Position numbers and translations under genes: made by a program. Below, in pieces: positions 17,639 to 28,554 of a DNA stretch of 64,000 nucleotides (position 1 is its first letter; every line of letters begins with the position of its first letter). Origin of the DNA: Terriglobia bacterium (GTDB lineage Bacteria; Acidobacteriota; Terriglobia; JAJPHL01); assembly GCA_021325275.1 (NCBI GenBank), contig JAJPHL010000032.1, positions 165,082-229,081 on the forward strand, given 5' to 3'. Under the pieces are notes generated by a model. That model did not search any database. It saw nothing but the letters and a program-made list of their open reading frames with translations, and was not told the origin of the DNA.

Positions 17639-20600
17639 ATGCGAAACGTCAACGTTACGTTTGGGGTGATTCTTCTTCTCGCTTCGCTGGCCGGAGCGCA
17701 GAGCACAGGGTCAGTTTCTGTAAGCGTTACCGACCAAGGCGGCGCGATGGTGCCGGGCGCGGCCCTGGTGTTGCGCAACGTGGCGACCAACGAGGTTCAC
17801 CGCGCCGAAACGCAAGAAGGCGGCGTCTTCACGTTCTCCGGCTTGCAGTTCGGCGATTACGAGCTGACGGTCAGCAAGCAGAGCTTTGCCACACGGGTGT
17901 TCCAATCCGTCGTCGTGCAGACCGGACGACTCACGACCATCAACGCGCAACTTGTCATCGCCGCCACGTCGGAAAAAGTGACGGTGAGCGAAGCCGCGAC
18001 CCCGCTGATAGAGACCGAGTCAAACTCGCTTTCCGACACTCTCGATACGAAGCAGGTGACGAATCTGCCGGTGGTCGGACGCAGCGTGATGAGTCTGACC
18101 TTCCTGGTGCCCGGATGGGCCGGCACGGGTGTCGGCAGTTCCAACGGGACATGGGATAACCTGCCGGGCGGCGCGGTGGTCAGCGCCGACTTTGACGGCA
18201 CGCCCGGAATCAGCAATCGGTTCCGCAGCGGCGGTTTTAACTATGGAACCACGGTCGTGTCGCCGCGCATCGAGGACGTCGGCGAGATGACGATCTCGAC
18301 GGCGCAAGTCGACCTGAGCGGCAACGGAACGGCGGCGATGCGCATCAGCGTCGTGCAACGCCACGGCACCAACCAGTTTCATGGACGCCTGTTCGAGGAC
18401 TTCCGGAATACCAGCTTGAACGCCAACTCCTGGAGCAACAACGCTCGCGGCTTGAAGCGCAACATCATCAAGTTGAACGATTTCGGCGGAAGCATCGGCG
18501 GACCGATTAAGAAGGACAAGCTTTTTATCTTCGGTACCTGGTCGCAGTCGTTTTCTCCGCTGGTGAACGTGGTGACTACGCCGTACATTTTGCCGACGGC
18601 GCAGGCGGGCAACTTCACATATACGACGGGTGGCGTGACCAAGACCGTAAACGTACTGCAGTTGGCAGGAGCGGCGGGATTCGCCTCGACGGTGAACCCC
18701 GATATTTCTTCCCAGTTTTCGAAGATGAACGGCGTCGTTGGACAGGCTGTGTTGGTGCCGACCTCGGATCCCAACATTCAAAACCTAACCTTTCAAGCGC
18801 CCAGGAAAGATACGATTTACTACCCAACGATCCGCGGCGACTACAACATGACCGAGCGGCAGCGGCTGTACCTTTCGTACGCGCAAACCAAGACGTTCAA
18901 CAATCTGCAAAATCCGCCGCAATGGCCGGGCGGGATCGATCCGCTGGGATTGGAGTACGTCTCCAATTTCCACAACAACCGCATCATCAGTTTCGGCTAC
19001 GACTTCACCCTCAAGCCGAACCTGATTAACCAGTTCCATGCCGGATTCATGTATCAGTACGATTTATTCGATCAGGAAACCCTGGGCATTGGCGCGGACC
19101 TGCCGAACATTCATCGCGAGAATTGGCCCACGGTGAACGGAGTCGCGTATGGACAGAGTCTCTATGGCGGTTCGTGGCCGCGCACACCGATTTCTTCGTT
19201 CTATCCGATGCTCAGCGCGAACGACAGTTTGAACTGGCAGCACGGTACGCACTCCGTTGTCTTCGGTGGAAACTGGTATCGCGAGCAAGACCATTACTGG
19301 AACGGGCCGGGCGGCGAGCCGAACTTGACTCTCGGCATCGCCAACGGCGATCCCGTGGCCAATGTGTTTACGTCCGGACCGAACGCTCTTCCCGGCGGCG
19401 CTCAGGCCGGCGCGGAAGCGTTGTATGCCATTCTCACCGGCAGGATTTCCAGCGGCAACATTCAAGTCGGTCGTCCGCTCGATCCCGCCACCAAGCAATA
19501 CGCACCCTTCGGCGCCTACAATCTCGACGAAGTGCAAGGATCGTTTGGATTGTTCGCGCAAGACCGCTGGCGCCTCCGTCCCAACCTGACCCTCAACTAT
19601 GGCCTGCGCATGGATTGGGTGGGCGACGATTACGACGTGAACGGCGGTTACAGCACCCTGCGCAACGTCGCGGATATTTTCGGTCCCACGCCCGCCGGCG
19701 CGATCTTCCAGCCGGGAACACTGGGCGGCGTCGGCGAACCGCACTTTGTGGCGCGCCAGCATGTCTACAGCCCGAAGACAAACTTCTCGCCCGCGGTCGC
19801 GCTGGCTTGGACACCGGACACGGGCGACAGCGTGCTCGGCAAGCTTTTCCCGAAGAACAAGACCGTGATCCGCACCGGCGTCTCCCTGCGGCACTATCAG
19901 GAAGGCGCGCAGAATTTTTGGGCGTTCGCGTCGAACTCCGGCGCGTTCTTCTTCCAATCGGGCAGCCTCACGGCCAACTCCACGCCCGCGACCGGAAATT
20001 TCGCACCGGGATCGCTGAGTGTCGGAAACCCGCTTCCACCCTACCTGCTCACGCCGGCGGTGTACGCCGCCGACGTTCCCGGGTCGGGCCGCTTCGGGTC
20101 TACTTACTACGGTTTCAATACCGACATCAAACAGCCGTATGTGGAACAGTGGAACTTCGGCGTTCAACGGCAGATTGGCTCCGGAAGCGTGTTTGAAGCG
20201 CGTTACATCGGGAATTTGTCGCTTCACCAGTGGCTGGCCGAAGATGTCAACGAAGTCAATATCTTTGAGAATGGTTTCCTAAACGAATTCCGCCATGCCC
20301 AAGCGAATCTGGCGATTAACATCGCCAACGGCAAGGGCAATAGCTTCGCCAACAACGGACTGACGGGACAATTCGCGCTGCCGATTCTCTCGGCCGCGTT
20401 CACCGGACAGACCGCGGCGGCGGGATTCGCCAGTTCCACCTTCGTGACCAATTTGCAGCAAGGCGCGGCCGGCGCCATGGCCAACTCAATCGCCGGCAAC
20501 GCAACGTTCTTCTGCAACATGGTGGGCACCGCGGCGTTCTCAACGCCGTGCACTTCGCGCGGAGTCTCCAACGCTCCGGGCGCCGGCTACCCGATCAATT

Positions 20601-21529
20601 TCTTCCAAGTGAATCCGTACGCCACCGGGCGCAACGCCTATTATCTCGACGCCAGCGGTCACACCAACTACCACGCTCTGCAACTGGAATTCCGCCAGCG
20701 GCCAACAGCGGGATTCCAATTCAATGTGAATTACACGCTGGCCCATTCGCTGGGAATCGCCTCACAAGATGGCATTCAGGGAATGGGCAACAATATCTAC
20801 TACAGCGACCGCAATTTCCGCCTCAACTACGGACCCAGCCTCTTCGACATCCGTCATGTGGTGCACGCCAGTGGAACCTACGATCTGCCGTTCGGCAAGG
20901 GACGCCATTTCCTCAATCAGGGCGGCGTGGCCGACCATGTGATCGGCGGATGGAGCATCGGAACGATTATCGGGATCCAGACCGGTACGCCTTCTTACTT
21001 GGGAGGCGGTGTTGCGACGGTCAACAACTACCCCAGCAATACCGCCGGCGGCGACTCCGGTGTTGCCTTCATGAACGGCGCGACGGCCTCGCAGTTGCAG
21101 AGCAGCGTAGGCGTGTATCGGAACGGAAATCCCTGGGTATACGCGTTCGATCCCAGCAAGTACGTTTACCTTCCGGGAACACCGTCGCCATGCCCGTCGT
21201 GCCAGTTCCAGTTGCAGCCGGGAGCCGCCAACCAAACCGTGCTTGCGCCCAACGGTTATCCAGGAACGCCCGGCAATGTGGGTGGAGTCTGGGGTTATCG
21301 CCCGATCCTTTGGGGCCCAAGCTGGTACAACATCGACTTGTCGATCAACAAGAGCATTCCGATTCACGAACGCTACAAGCTGGTGCTTCAGGGTGAAATG
21401 CTGAATGCGACGAACCACCCGACGTTTGCGCTGGGAAACACGACCATCACCAGCACGACGTTCGGACAGATGACCGGCGGACCATCCGGCCCTCGAGTGG
21501 TGGAGTTCCGATTCAACATCGAGTTCTAG
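17639..21529 (+). CDS. TonB-dependent receptor, Oar-like, with N-terminal carboxypeptidase-regulatory-like domain
   Basis: Signal peptide, then the SVSVSVTDQGGAMVPGAALVLRNVATNEVHRAETQEGGVFTFSGLQFGDYELTVSKQSFA Cna-B/CarbopepD_reg fold. A plug-like region follows. The long C-terminal region has beta-barrel character and ends in ...RFNIEF (terminal aromatic). A TTGACA-N17-TACATT promoter lies at ~17562. Confidence 0.8.
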   Translation: MRNVNVTFGVILLLASLAGAQSTGSVSVSVTDQGGAMVPGAALVLRNVATNEVHRAETQEGGVFTFSGLQFGDYELTVSKQSFATRVFQSVVVQTGRLTTINAQLVIAATSEKVTVSEAATPLIETESNSLSDTLDTKQVTNLPVVGRSVMSLTFLVPGWAGTGVGSSNGTWDNLPGGAVVSADFDGTPGISNRFRSGGFNYGTTVVSPRIEDVGEMTISTAQVDLSGNGTAAMRISVVQRHGTNQFHGRLFEDFRNTSLNANSWSNNARGLKRNIIKLNDFGGSIGGPIKKDKLFIFGTWSQSFSPLVNVVTTPYILPTAQAGNFTYTTGGVTKTVNVLQLAGAAGFASTVNPDISSQFSKMNGVVGQAVLVPTSDPNIQNLTFQAPRKDTIYYPTIRGDYNMTERQRLYLSYAQTKTFNNLQNPPQWPGGIDPLGLEYVSNFHNNRIISFGYDFTLKPNLINQFHAGFMYQYDLFDQETLGIGADLPNIHRENWPTVNGVAYGQSLYGGSWPRTPISSFYPMLSANDSLNWQHGTHSVVFGGNWYREQDHYWNGPGGEPNLTLGIANGDPVANVFTSGPNALPGGAQAGAEALYAILTGRISSGNIQVGRPLDPATKQYAPFGAYNLDEVQGSFGLFAQDRWRLRPNLTLNYGLRMDWVGDDYDVNGGYSTLRNVADIFGPTPAGAIFQPGTLGGVGEPHFVARQHVYSPKTNFSPAVALAWTPDTGDSVLGKLFPKNKTVIRTGVSLRHYQEGAQNFWAFASNSGAFFFQSGSLTANSTPATGNFAPGSLSVGNPLPPYLLTPAVYAADVPGSGRFGSTYYGFNTDIKQPYVEQWNFGVQRQIGSGSVFEARYIGNLSLHQWLAEDVNEVNIFENGFLNEFRHAQANLAINIANGKGNSFANNGLTGQFALPILSAAFTGQTAAAGFASSTFVTNLQQGAAGAMANSIAGNATFFCNMVGTAAFSTPCTSRGVSNAPGAGYPINFFQVNPYATGRNAYYLDASGHTNYHALQLEFRQRPTAGFQFNVNYTLAHSLGIASQDGIQGMGNNIYYSDRNFRLNYGPSLFDIRHVVHASGTYDLPFGKGRHFLNQGGVADHVIGGWSIGTIIGIQTGTPSYLGGGVATVNNYPSNTAGGDSGVAFMNGATASQLQSSVGVYRNGNPWVYAFDPSKYVYLPGTPSPCPSCQFQLQPGAANQTVLAPNGYPGTPGNVGGVWGYRPILWGPSWYNIDLSINKSIPIHERYKLVLQGEMLNATNHPTFALGNTTITSTTFGQMTGGPSGPRVVEFRFNIEF

Positions 21530-21537
21530 AAAAACAA

Positions 21538-21581
21538 GGCCCGAGTTTCCGAGTAAAATCGGTCTCGGGCCTCTTCCTTTT
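21538..21581 (+). terminator. Rho-independent terminator after the TonB-dependent receptor gene
   Basis: GGCCCGAG...CTCGGGCC stem followed by TCTTCCTTTT. Confidence 0.6.
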
Positions 21582-21843
21582 CCTAGCTTCTGACGGAGAC
21601 GGTCAGGTTCAACCATCTCAATCGCAGCGCGAAGCAGTGATTGCACACGCTGTAGCGAAATCCCAGCAAATGGGCGAACCGGCTCACACCCCCGCCGGGT
21701 GGGAGCTTTTTCCAGACGGGACATCTACACTTTGGACACCGCCGAGCAAAGGGATTCACGTGTTAGTTAAGGCTAACACGCCGCAGGGAGAAAGTTGCGC
21801 TCTATATCGTGACACGAGCTAATGCTAATTCAAACTATCGGGG

Positions 21844-22644
21844 TCACTCTTTTGTGGCTGGGATTCCAAAACCGTACTTCTGCAAGATTCTCTTTCCATC
21901 AGCGCTCGAAAGATAATTCAAGAATGCTCGGGCGTCGGGATTTGCCTGCGCGCGAGAGACAACGCCCGCTTCCTGTTGGATCTGGTCGTACAGATTTTCT
22001 GGAACGTCGAGAAGCGTCGCACCGCTTTCGTTCAAAAGGAGCGATCGCGACGTAAGTGTCGCGTCCACGTTGCCGGTCTCGACCATTTGTAGGGCTTGGC
22101 GGATGTTTTCGGCGATCACTACTTTGCTCCGCGCGCTGTTCCAAACGCCGGACCGCTCGAGCGCCTGCTTGGCGGCGCGTCCATAAGGCGCAAGTTCAGG
22201 ATTAGCGATGGAGAATCGCTGGACATCTTTCCCACGCAGGGCGCCGATAGAATCCAAATGCAATTTCGGCGCGTACAACACCAAATGTCCCACCGCGTAG
22301 ATCGCGCGCAAGTCCTTGGCGATGTGGCCGTTCTCGGAAAGTTGCAAAACGAACCTACGGTCGGCGGAAAGAAACACGTCGAACGGCGCGCCGTTGGCGA
22401 TTTGCTGCGCAAGCGCGCCGGAGGGTCCATAGCTCGGCACGACCTTGATGCCTGAGCGCGTCTCGAAGTCCTTGGCTAGCTCGGGCAGCGCATTGGTCAT
22501 GTCAGAGGCGCTGGCGACGATCAACTGGCGGGGCGTTTTCTCCGTTGTCGAGGCAGGCGTGGCGCATCCGGCCATTGCCCCAAAACAGGACAATAAAGCT
22601 AACGTCAACAATGACTTAAAAATACTTGACAATGATACACTCAT
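21844..22644 (-). CDS. modA: Molybdate ABC transporter substrate-binding lipoprotein
   Basis: Lipobox ([11 protein letters not shown]) and typical ModA segments ([27 protein letters not shown]). No adjacent modBC. Confidence 0.75.
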   Translation of the reverse strand: MSVSLSSIFKSLLTLALLSCFGAMAGCATPASTTEKTPRQLIVASASDMTNALPELAKDFETRSGIKVVPSYGPSGALAQQIANGAPFDVFLSADRRFVLQLSENGHIAKDLRAIYAVGHLVLYAPKLHLDSIGALRGKDVQRFSIANPELAPYGRAAKQALERSGVWNSARSKVVIAENIRQALQMVETGNVDATLTSRSLLLNESGATLLDVPENLYDQIQQEAGVVSRAQANPDARAFLNYLSSADGKRILQKYGFGIPATKE

Positions 22645-22674
22645 ATCTTATTATCATGTATGTCGCATGGCCCC
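22645..22674 (+). promoter_or_regulatory. dnaK promoter TTGACA-N17-TATTAT overlapping a HAIR-like HspR operator (CTTGACA-N7-ACTCATA)
   Basis: -35 at 22646..22651 and -10 at 22669..22674, read directly. The HAIR consensus is CTTGAGT-N7-ACTCAAG. hspR lies downstream in the same operon. Confidence 0.55.
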
Positions 22675-22720
22675 GTCCCGCCCGCGGGACGAGAGCGCCG
22701 GCGGCGCTGGAGGACATTCA

Positions 22721-24637
22721 ATGGGCAAGATTATCGGCATCGATTTAGGTACCACCAACTCAGTGGTCGCGGTCATGGAAGGCGGCGATCCCACCGTGAT
22801 TGCGAACCAGGAAGGCGCGCGAACCACGCCTTCGGTTGTGGCCTTCACCAAGTCCGGCGAGCGGCTCGTCGGCCAGGTTGCCAAGCGCCAATCCATCACC
22901 AATCCTGAGAACACAGTTTACTCGATCAAGCGCTTTATGGGGCGCCGATACGAGGAAGTGAACGAAGAACAGAAGATGGTTCCGTATAAGGTCACGAAAG
23001 CGTCGAGCGGCGTGGTGATCAAGGCCGGCGACAAAGATCTGACTCCGCCCGAAATCTCGGCGATGATCTTGAGCAAGCTGAAGGAAGCGGCTGAAGCGCA
23101 TCTCGGCACGAAGATCACCGAAGCGGTGATCACGGTGCCCGCGTATTTCAACGATTCGCAACGCCAAGCCACCAAAGACGCGGGCCGCATCGCCGGTCTC
23201 GACGTCAAGCGCATCATCAACGAGCCGACAGCGGCGGCGCTGGCCTACGGTCTCGACAAAAAGAAGGACGAAACCATCGCCGTCTACGATTTCGGCGGCG
23301 GCACTTTTGATATTTCCATCCTCGAAGTGGGTGAAGGCGTGGTGGAAGTGAAATCCACCAACGGCGACACGCACCTGGGCGGCGACAACATCGATCAGCG
23401 CATCACCGATTGGCTGATCGAGGAATTCCGCAAGGCTGAAGGTATCGATTTGTCGAAAGACAAGATGGCCCTGCAGCGTTTGAAGGACGCGGCGGAAAAA
23501 GCCAAGATCGAATTGTCGTCGACGGTGGAATCGGAGATCAACCTGCCGTTCATCACGGCGGATGCGTCTGGTCCCAAGCATTTGTTGATGAAACTGACGC
23601 GCGCCAAACTCGAGCAGATGGTGGAAGACATCCTGCAACGCAGCGTCGGTCCTTGCAAGCAGGCGCTATCGGACGCGAAGCTCGACGCCAAGCAGATCGA
23701 CGAAGTGGTTTTGGTCGGCGGACAGACGCGCATGCCGCGGATCCAGGAGTTGGTGAAACAGCTTTTCGGACGCGAGCCGCACAAGGGCGTGAATCCCGAC
23801 GAAGTGGTCGCGGTGGGCGCGGCGGTGCAAGGCGGTGTGCTGGCGGGCGAAGTGAAAGACGTGCTGCTGCTCGACGTAACACCTTTGACGCTGGGTATCG
23901 AAACGCTCGGCGGCGTGATGACCAAGATGATCGAGCGCAACACTACAATCCCAACGCGCAAGGCGGAGACCTACTCGACGGCGTCGGACAATCAGCCGTC
24001 GGTGGAGATCAAGGTGTATCAGGGCGAGCGCGCCATGGCCGGCGACAACCGGTTGCTCGGAGCGTTCCAATTGATCGGCCTTCCGCCCGCGCCGCGCGGC
24101 GTCCCGCAAATCGAAGTGACCTTCGACATCGACGCCAACGGCATCCTGAACGTGAAGGCCAAAGACAAGGCCACGGGCAAGGAGCAGGCCATCTCCATCA
24201 CTTCTTCGAGCGGATTGTCGAAGGAAGAAGTGCAGAAAATGGCCAAAGAAGCCGAAGCGCACTCGGCGGAAGACACCAAGAAACGCGAAGGCATCGAAGC
24301 CCGCAATCGCGCCGACACGTTGATCTATTCCACCGAGAAACTGCTGAAGGAAAATCGCGATAAGGTCGCCGACGCCGATGCGCAAGCGATCGAGACGGGC
24401 ATCGCCGATCTGAAGAAGACGATCGAAGGCACGCCCGAGACGTACGATTCTGAAGCGATCAACCGTGCCATGGAGCAGTTGAATCAGGCGACGCACAAAC
24501 TGGCGGAAGCGATGTACAAGGCGTCCGCGCAGCAGTCGGGAGGTACCGAGAATGCCGCGCCCGATAGTGAGAAGAAGGAAGACAAGAAGGATGACGGCGT
24601 AATCGATGCCGAGTTTGTCGATGACCAGAAGAAGTAA
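22721..24637 (+). CDS. dnaK: Molecular chaperone DnaK (Hsp70)
   Basis: [18 protein letters not shown]..., [13 protein letters not shown], and the C-terminal EEVQKM...D-rich tail. Start at the conserved N-terminus, not at the ORF-track start 22445. Confidence 0.95.
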   Translation: MGKIIGIDLGTTNSVVAVMEGGDPTVIANQEGARTTPSVVAFTKSGERLVGQVAKRQSITNPENTVYSIKRFMGRRYEEVNEEQKMVPYKVTKASSGVVIKAGDKDLTPPEISAMILSKLKEAAEAHLGTKITEAVITVPAYFNDSQRQATKDAGRIAGLDVKRIINEPTAAALAYGLDKKKDETIAVYDFGGGTFDISILEVGEGVVEVKSTNGDTHLGGDNIDQRITDWLIEEFRKAEGIDLSKDKMALQRLKDAAEKAKIELSSTVESEINLPFITADASGPKHLLMKLTRAKLEQMVEDILQRSVGPCKQALSDAKLDAKQIDEVVLVGGQTRMPRIQELVKQLFGREPHKGVNPDEVVAVGAAVQGGVLAGEVKDVLLLDVTPLTLGIETLGGVMTKMIERNTTIPTRKAETYSTASDNQPSVEIKVYQGERAMAGDNRLLGAFQLIGLPPAPRGVPQIEVTFDIDANGILNVKAKDKATGKEQAISITSSSGLSKEEVQKMAKEAEAHSAEDTKKREGIEARNRADTLIYSTEKLLKENRDKVADADAQAIETGIADLKKTIEGTPETYDSEAINRAMEQLNQATHKLAEAMYKASAQQSGGTENAAPDSEKKEDKKDDGVIDAEFVDDQKK

Positions 24638-24643
24638 AGCGTA

Positions 24644-24710
24644 GCCACCGAGACACCGAGGACGCCGGGAAAATGCATGGCGTTCCCGGTGTTCTCCGTG
24701 TCTCGGTGGC
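24644..24710 (+). terminator. Long (~28 bp stem) hairpin between dnaK and dnaJ; intra-operon attenuator or processing site
   Basis: gccaccgagacaccgaggacgccgggaa / ttcccggtgttctccgtgtctcggtggc are near-perfect complements around an aatgcatggcg loop. Confidence 0.5.
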
Positions 24711-24719
24711 AGATTTATT

Positions 24720-25955
24720 ATGGCTGCACCACCAAAACTTGACTACTACGAGGCGCTCGGCGTCGGCAAGAAAGCCTCGGCCGCTGAGATCAAGAAGGCC
24801 TATCGCCGTCTCGCGCGCAAATATCATCCTGACGTAAATCCCAACGATAAGACCTCCGAAGAGCGTTTCAAACGCGTGCAAGAAGCCTATGACATCCTGA
24901 GCGAGCCGAAGAAGCGCGCCATGTACGATCAGTACGGCTTTTACTCCGATCAAGTGCCGCCGCCCGGGGCGGGAGGATTTCCGGGAGGCGGCGGATATCC
25001 CGGTCCGGAATTCCGCGATTTCGATTTCAGCAATTTTACCGGCGCGGGTCCCGGGAGCGGCGCGCGCAATCCGTTTGCGGGACGCACGTCGTCAACCGGC
25101 GGATTCACCGATAGTCTCAAGGACATTTTTTCGCAGTTCATGGGCGGCGGCGAAGCGGGCGCCACACCGGCGGACACCCAGGGGCCGGCTCGCGGCGAAG
25201 ATCTCGAGTACCGCACGCACATTGGATTTTGGGAAGCGCTGCGCGGATCGGTCGTGCGCTTGAACGTGGAGCACTATTCGCAATGCGCGCGTTGCAAGGG
25301 CATGGGAACCAATCCCGGTGCGCCCGTCGGCGGACCGTGTCCCGAGTGCAAAGGCACCGGACAAGTCACGCAGATGGCCGGCACGATGCGCTTCCAACTC
25401 ACTTGCCGCATGTGCGGCGGCACGGGCAAGGCGCGCAACATTTGTCCGGCGTGCAACGGAGAGGGACGGCGCTTCACGCAGGACACGGTGGAAATGCGCA
25501 TTCCTCCGGGCACGCCGGACGGCGCGCGTTTGCGGGTCGCGGGCAAAGGCAACAGCGGAATCGGCGGCGGCGCGCCGGGCGATCTCTACATCGTGGTGAA
25601 GGTGGAACCGCACGAGTTTTTCGAGCGCGTCGGCGACGACGTGCACATCAAAGTTCCGGTGACGGTCACCGAAGCCGCGCTCGGCGCGAAGATCGAAGTG
25701 CCGACCATCGACTTGACGCGGCCGAACGGCGTGGGTCGCGCGACGATGAAAGTGCCGCCGGGCACGCAGAGCGGCCAAAAGTTCCGCTTGCGCGAGCGCG
25801 GCGTGGAATCGGCGCGGGCCGCGCAGCGCGGCGATCAATTTGTGGAAGTTTCGGTGCAGGTTCCTAAAGTCGAGGACGAGCGAAGCAAGGAGATTTTGCG
25901 CGAGTTGGCGCGGTTGAATCCGGAGGATCCGCGCGCCAAACTGACGGCCGAGTAA
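24720..25955 (+). CDS. dnaJ: Co-chaperone DnaJ
   Basis: J domain with HPD (KYHPDVNP), a G/F-rich linker, and four CxxCxGxG zinc-finger repeats. Confidence 0.95.
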   Translation: MAAPPKLDYYEALGVGKKASAAEIKKAYRRLARKYHPDVNPNDKTSEERFKRVQEAYDILSEPKKRAMYDQYGFYSDQVPPPGAGGFPGGGGYPGPEFRDFDFSNFTGAGPGSGARNPFAGRTSSTGGFTDSLKDIFSQFMGGGEAGATPADTQGPARGEDLEYRTHIGFWEALRGSVVRLNVEHYSQCARCKGMGTNPGAPVGGPCPECKGTGQVTQMAGTMRFQLTCRMCGGTGKARNICPACNGEGRRFTQDTVEMRIPPGTPDGARLRVAGKGNSGIGGGAPGDLYIVVKVEPHEFFERVGDDVHIKVPVTVTEAALGAKIEVPTIDLTRPNGVGRATMKVPPGTQSGQKFRLRERGVESARAAQRGDQFVEVSVQVPKVEDERSKEILRELARLNPEDPRAKLTAE

Positions 25956-25971
25956 TTTCGGAGATTCCCCC

Positions 25972-26355
25972 ATGCCGCGAGCGAAGAAGAGCCAAGGCGC
26001 GTACGTAATTTCGGTAGTGGCGGAGCGCTATCAAGTGCATCCGCAAACTCTGCGCTTGTACGAGCGCGAAGGATTGCTGAAACCGTCGCGCACCGACGGC
26101 AACACGCGCCTCTACACGGAAAGCGATTTGGAGCGCCTGGAATTAATCCTGAACTTGACGCGCGATCTCGGCGTGAATCTCGCGGGCGTGGAAATTATTC
26201 TGAACATGCGCGAACGCATGGGCGAAATGCAGCGCCAGATGCAGGCGTTCGTGAATTTCGTACGCGGCGAACTCGCGGTGCCGAACGTTCCTCACGACAG
26301 CAAGGCGCTGGTGCGCTTCCGCCAGCCGGTCGCCCGGGCGATCACGAGGAAGTAG
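25972..26355 (+). CDS. hspR: MerR-family heat-shock repressor HspR
   Basis: MerR-type HTH (YVISVVAERYQVHPQTLRLYEREGLL) in a dnaK-dnaJ-hspR arrangement. Confidence 0.8.
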   Translation: MPRAKKSQGAYVISVVAERYQVHPQTLRLYEREGLLKPSRTDGNTRLYTESDLERLELILNLTRDLGVNLAGVEIILNMRERMGEMQRQMQAFVNFVRGELAVPNVPHDSKALVRFRQPVARAITRK

Positions 26356-26542
26356 GGGTTTTCTTCTTCATGGCCGCGCGGATCTCGGCGATCTGCGCTT
26401 CGGCCTCGTGCAACTCCTCAAGAATGCGAAATTTTTCACCGATCGGCAGCCGCGCGATCTCGCGACGGCGGGCATCGCGCATCGCCGCGCGTTGGTCGAC
26501 GTAAGCTTTAGCCGAAGCCCAACGTTTTTCTTGATCCGTCAT
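26342..26542 (-). CDS. Small hypothetical protein (66 aa, charged/coiled)
   Basis: Protein-like composition. Convergent with hspR and overlapping it by 14 nt. No recognised family. Confidence 0.3.
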   Translation of the reverse strand: MTDQEKRWASAKAYVDQRAAMRDARRREIARLPIGEKFRILEELHEAEAQIAEIRAAMKKKTPTSS

Positions 26543-26728
26543 TGCGGCAAGTCCTGCTTATAGCTTCGCATGAACGATTCCCACTTTTCCACCAGGCTAT
26601 GTTCGACCAGAATTTGCTTGGCGGTGGTCAGGAAGTGCCTCCCCCGGGTTTCTTTGTGTTCTTGGTGCCTTTGTGGTTATAATCCCTTCGTCATCCCCCC
26701 AACAATCTGATTTACGTCCGGAGGCTCT

Positions 26729-27799
26729 ATGAGCACCACAGGAACTGCTTTGCAATTTGACGAATCGAAATTCATGGCCTTTATGGGCAAGGCCGTGGGC
26801 GACATGGGAGCGGCGATGCACGGCGCGCTTGTCGTCGTCGGCGACAAGCTGGGACTCTACAAAGCGATGGCCGGCGCGGGAGCGCTCTCTTCCGCCGAGC
26901 TCGCCGCCAAAACAAACACACACGAACGCTATGTGCGCGAATGGCTGAACGCCAACGCCGCCAGCGGATTCGTGACCTACGATCCGGCGACGCAGAAATA
27001 CGAACTGCCGCCCGAGCAAGCCTTCGCGCTCACCGTGCAGGATTTGCCCGGCGCGTTTCACATCATCTCGGCGTGTTTCAAGGACGCCGACATGATCACC
27101 GAGGCGTTTCGCACCGGCAAGGGTGTCGGCTGGCACGAGCACGACACTTGTTTGTTCGCCGGCACGGAGCGTTTTTTCCGGCCTAATTACCAAAACTATC
27201 TGCTCTCGTCGTGGATTCCCGCGCTGGAAGGCGTCGCGAAGAAACTCGAAGCGGGCGGATCGGTCGCCGACGTCGGTTGCGGACACGGCGCCTCGACGAT
27301 CCTGATGGCCAAGGCATTTCCGAAATCGAAATTCTTCGGCTTCGACTACCACGACGGCTCGATCGCCCACGCACGCGAGACCGCGAAGGCCGAGGGCCTT
27401 GCGGAACAGATCACGTTCGAAACGGCCGCCGCGAAAAACTTCCCCGGCCCCGCGCGCTACGACTTTGTGGCGTTCTTCGATTGCCTGCACGACATGGGCG
27501 ATCCCACCGGCGCGGCGCGCCACGTACTCTCGACGCTCAAGCCCGACGGAACGTGGATGATCGTGGAGCCGTTCGCCAACGACAAGACCGAGGAGAATCA
27601 CAACCCCGTGGGGCGCATTTATTATTCGGCGTCGACCATGTTGTGCACGCCGGCGTCGCTGTCGCAGGAAGTGGGCGCGGCGCTTGGTGCGCAAGCCGGC
27701 GAAGCGCGCATCCGCAAAGTTGTGACCGACGCAGGATTCAAGCGCTTCCGTCGTGCCGCGGAGACTCCGTTCAATCTGGTGTTCGAGGCGCGGCCCTAA
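26729..27799 (+). CDS. Class I SAM-dependent methyltransferase
   Basis: Motif I VADVGCGHGAST. A TATAAT box at ~26668 precedes it. Confidence 0.7.
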   Translation: MSTTGTALQFDESKFMAFMGKAVGDMGAAMHGALVVVGDKLGLYKAMAGAGALSSAELAAKTNTHERYVREWLNANAASGFVTYDPATQKYELPPEQAFALTVQDLPGAFHIISACFKDADMITEAFRTGKGVGWHEHDTCLFAGTERFFRPNYQNYLLSSWIPALEGVAKKLEAGGSVADVGCGHGASTILMAKAFPKSKFFGFDYHDGSIAHARETAKAEGLAEQITFETAAAKNFPGPARYDFVAFFDCLHDMGDPTGAARHVLSTLKPDGTWMIVEPFANDKTEENHNPVGRIYYSASTMLCTPASLSQEVGAALGAQAGEARIRKVVTDAGFKRFRRAAETPFNLVFEARP

Positions 27800-28068
27800 C
27801 CGGAGCCACCCTTCGGCGGAGCGTCCAAGAGCTCCTTGATTTTTTCGTCGAGAGCCTTCAGCGACGCGCGGAGCATCTGCTCCATGCGGAACGTGTGATT
27901 CGATTCCAGATCGTGCAGGACGCGCTTGCGCGCCAGTTCGAGACTCTCGCGCTGGCGCCGGCGCTCCTGTTCCACGGGATCCGGCGGCGGCGCGGCAGCC
28001 TTTCCGCGCTGCTCTCGCGCGTCTTCCATTTGCGATTCCACCGACTTCGATTCCCAGCCGCGCGCCAT
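27796..28068 (-). CDS. Hypothetical small charged protein
   Basis: A 90-aa ORF, divergent from the DUF1801 gene. No family recognised. Confidence 0.3.
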   Translation of the reverse strand: MARGWESKSVESQMEDAREQRGKAAAPPPDPVEQERRRQRESLELARKRVLHDLESNHTFRMEQMLRASLKALDEKIKELLDAPPKGGSG

Positions 28069-28095
28069 GCCTTAGTTTGCCATACAATCGGAAAC

Positions 28096-28554
28096 ATGAG
28101 CGCGCCGCATAAGGAACTCATCCGTTACCTCGCACGTTTTGATCCCGCAATCCGCGAACTGGCGCTCGACGCGCGCGAAGTGGTGTTGAAAACAATCGCG
28201 CCGTCGCACGAAAGCGTCCTCGACGTGTATGTGCTGGCGATGAGCTTCGGATTTTCCGAGCGCATGAAGGACAAAGTGGTGTACGTCGCCGTGTATGAAA
28301 AGCACGTGAACCTTGGCTTTGTTCGCGGCGCGGAACTCGACGATCCCGAGGGCGTGTTGTTGGGTGACGGCAAGCAAATGCGCCACGTACAAATCAAGTC
28401 GAGCGCCGATTTGGGGAATCCGGTGATCCGCGACCTGCTTTTGCGCGCGGTGCCCGAAGGCGCGGCGCGATCGAAAACGCTCGCGACAAAGATTCATCCG
28501 AGCAAGCGCCATCCCGCACCAGCAGCGCGGAAGACCAAGCCCAAACGGAAGTGA
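28096..28554 (+). CDS. DUF1801 (YdhG-like) domain protein
   Basis: ...VVYVAVYEKHVNLGF..., typical of DUF1801. Start at the internal ATG 28096; the long ORF-track frame upstream is spurious. Confidence 0.55.
   Translation: MSAPHKELIRYLARFDPAIRELALDAREVVLKTIAPSHESVLDVYVLAMSFGFSERMKDKVVYVAVYEKHVNLGFVRGAELDDPEGVLLGDGKQMRHVQIKSSADLGNPVIRDLLLRAVPEGAARSKTLATKIHPSKRHPAPAARKTKPKRK

Noticed and set aside
21640-21830. Possible small gene or ncRNA in the 300-bp gap between the TonB-dependent receptor gene and modA (7-bp hairpin GTGTTAG-N6-CTAACAC at ~21744).
   Set aside because: It has no ORF with an RBS and no recognisable RNA family features. It most likely holds the terminator and 3' UTRs of convergent genes.
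22445-22720. Upstream extension of the dnaK ORF (ORF-track start at 22445).
   Set aside because: The conserved DnaK N-terminus [14 protein letters not shown] begins at 22721. The upstream part overlaps the promoter and modA.
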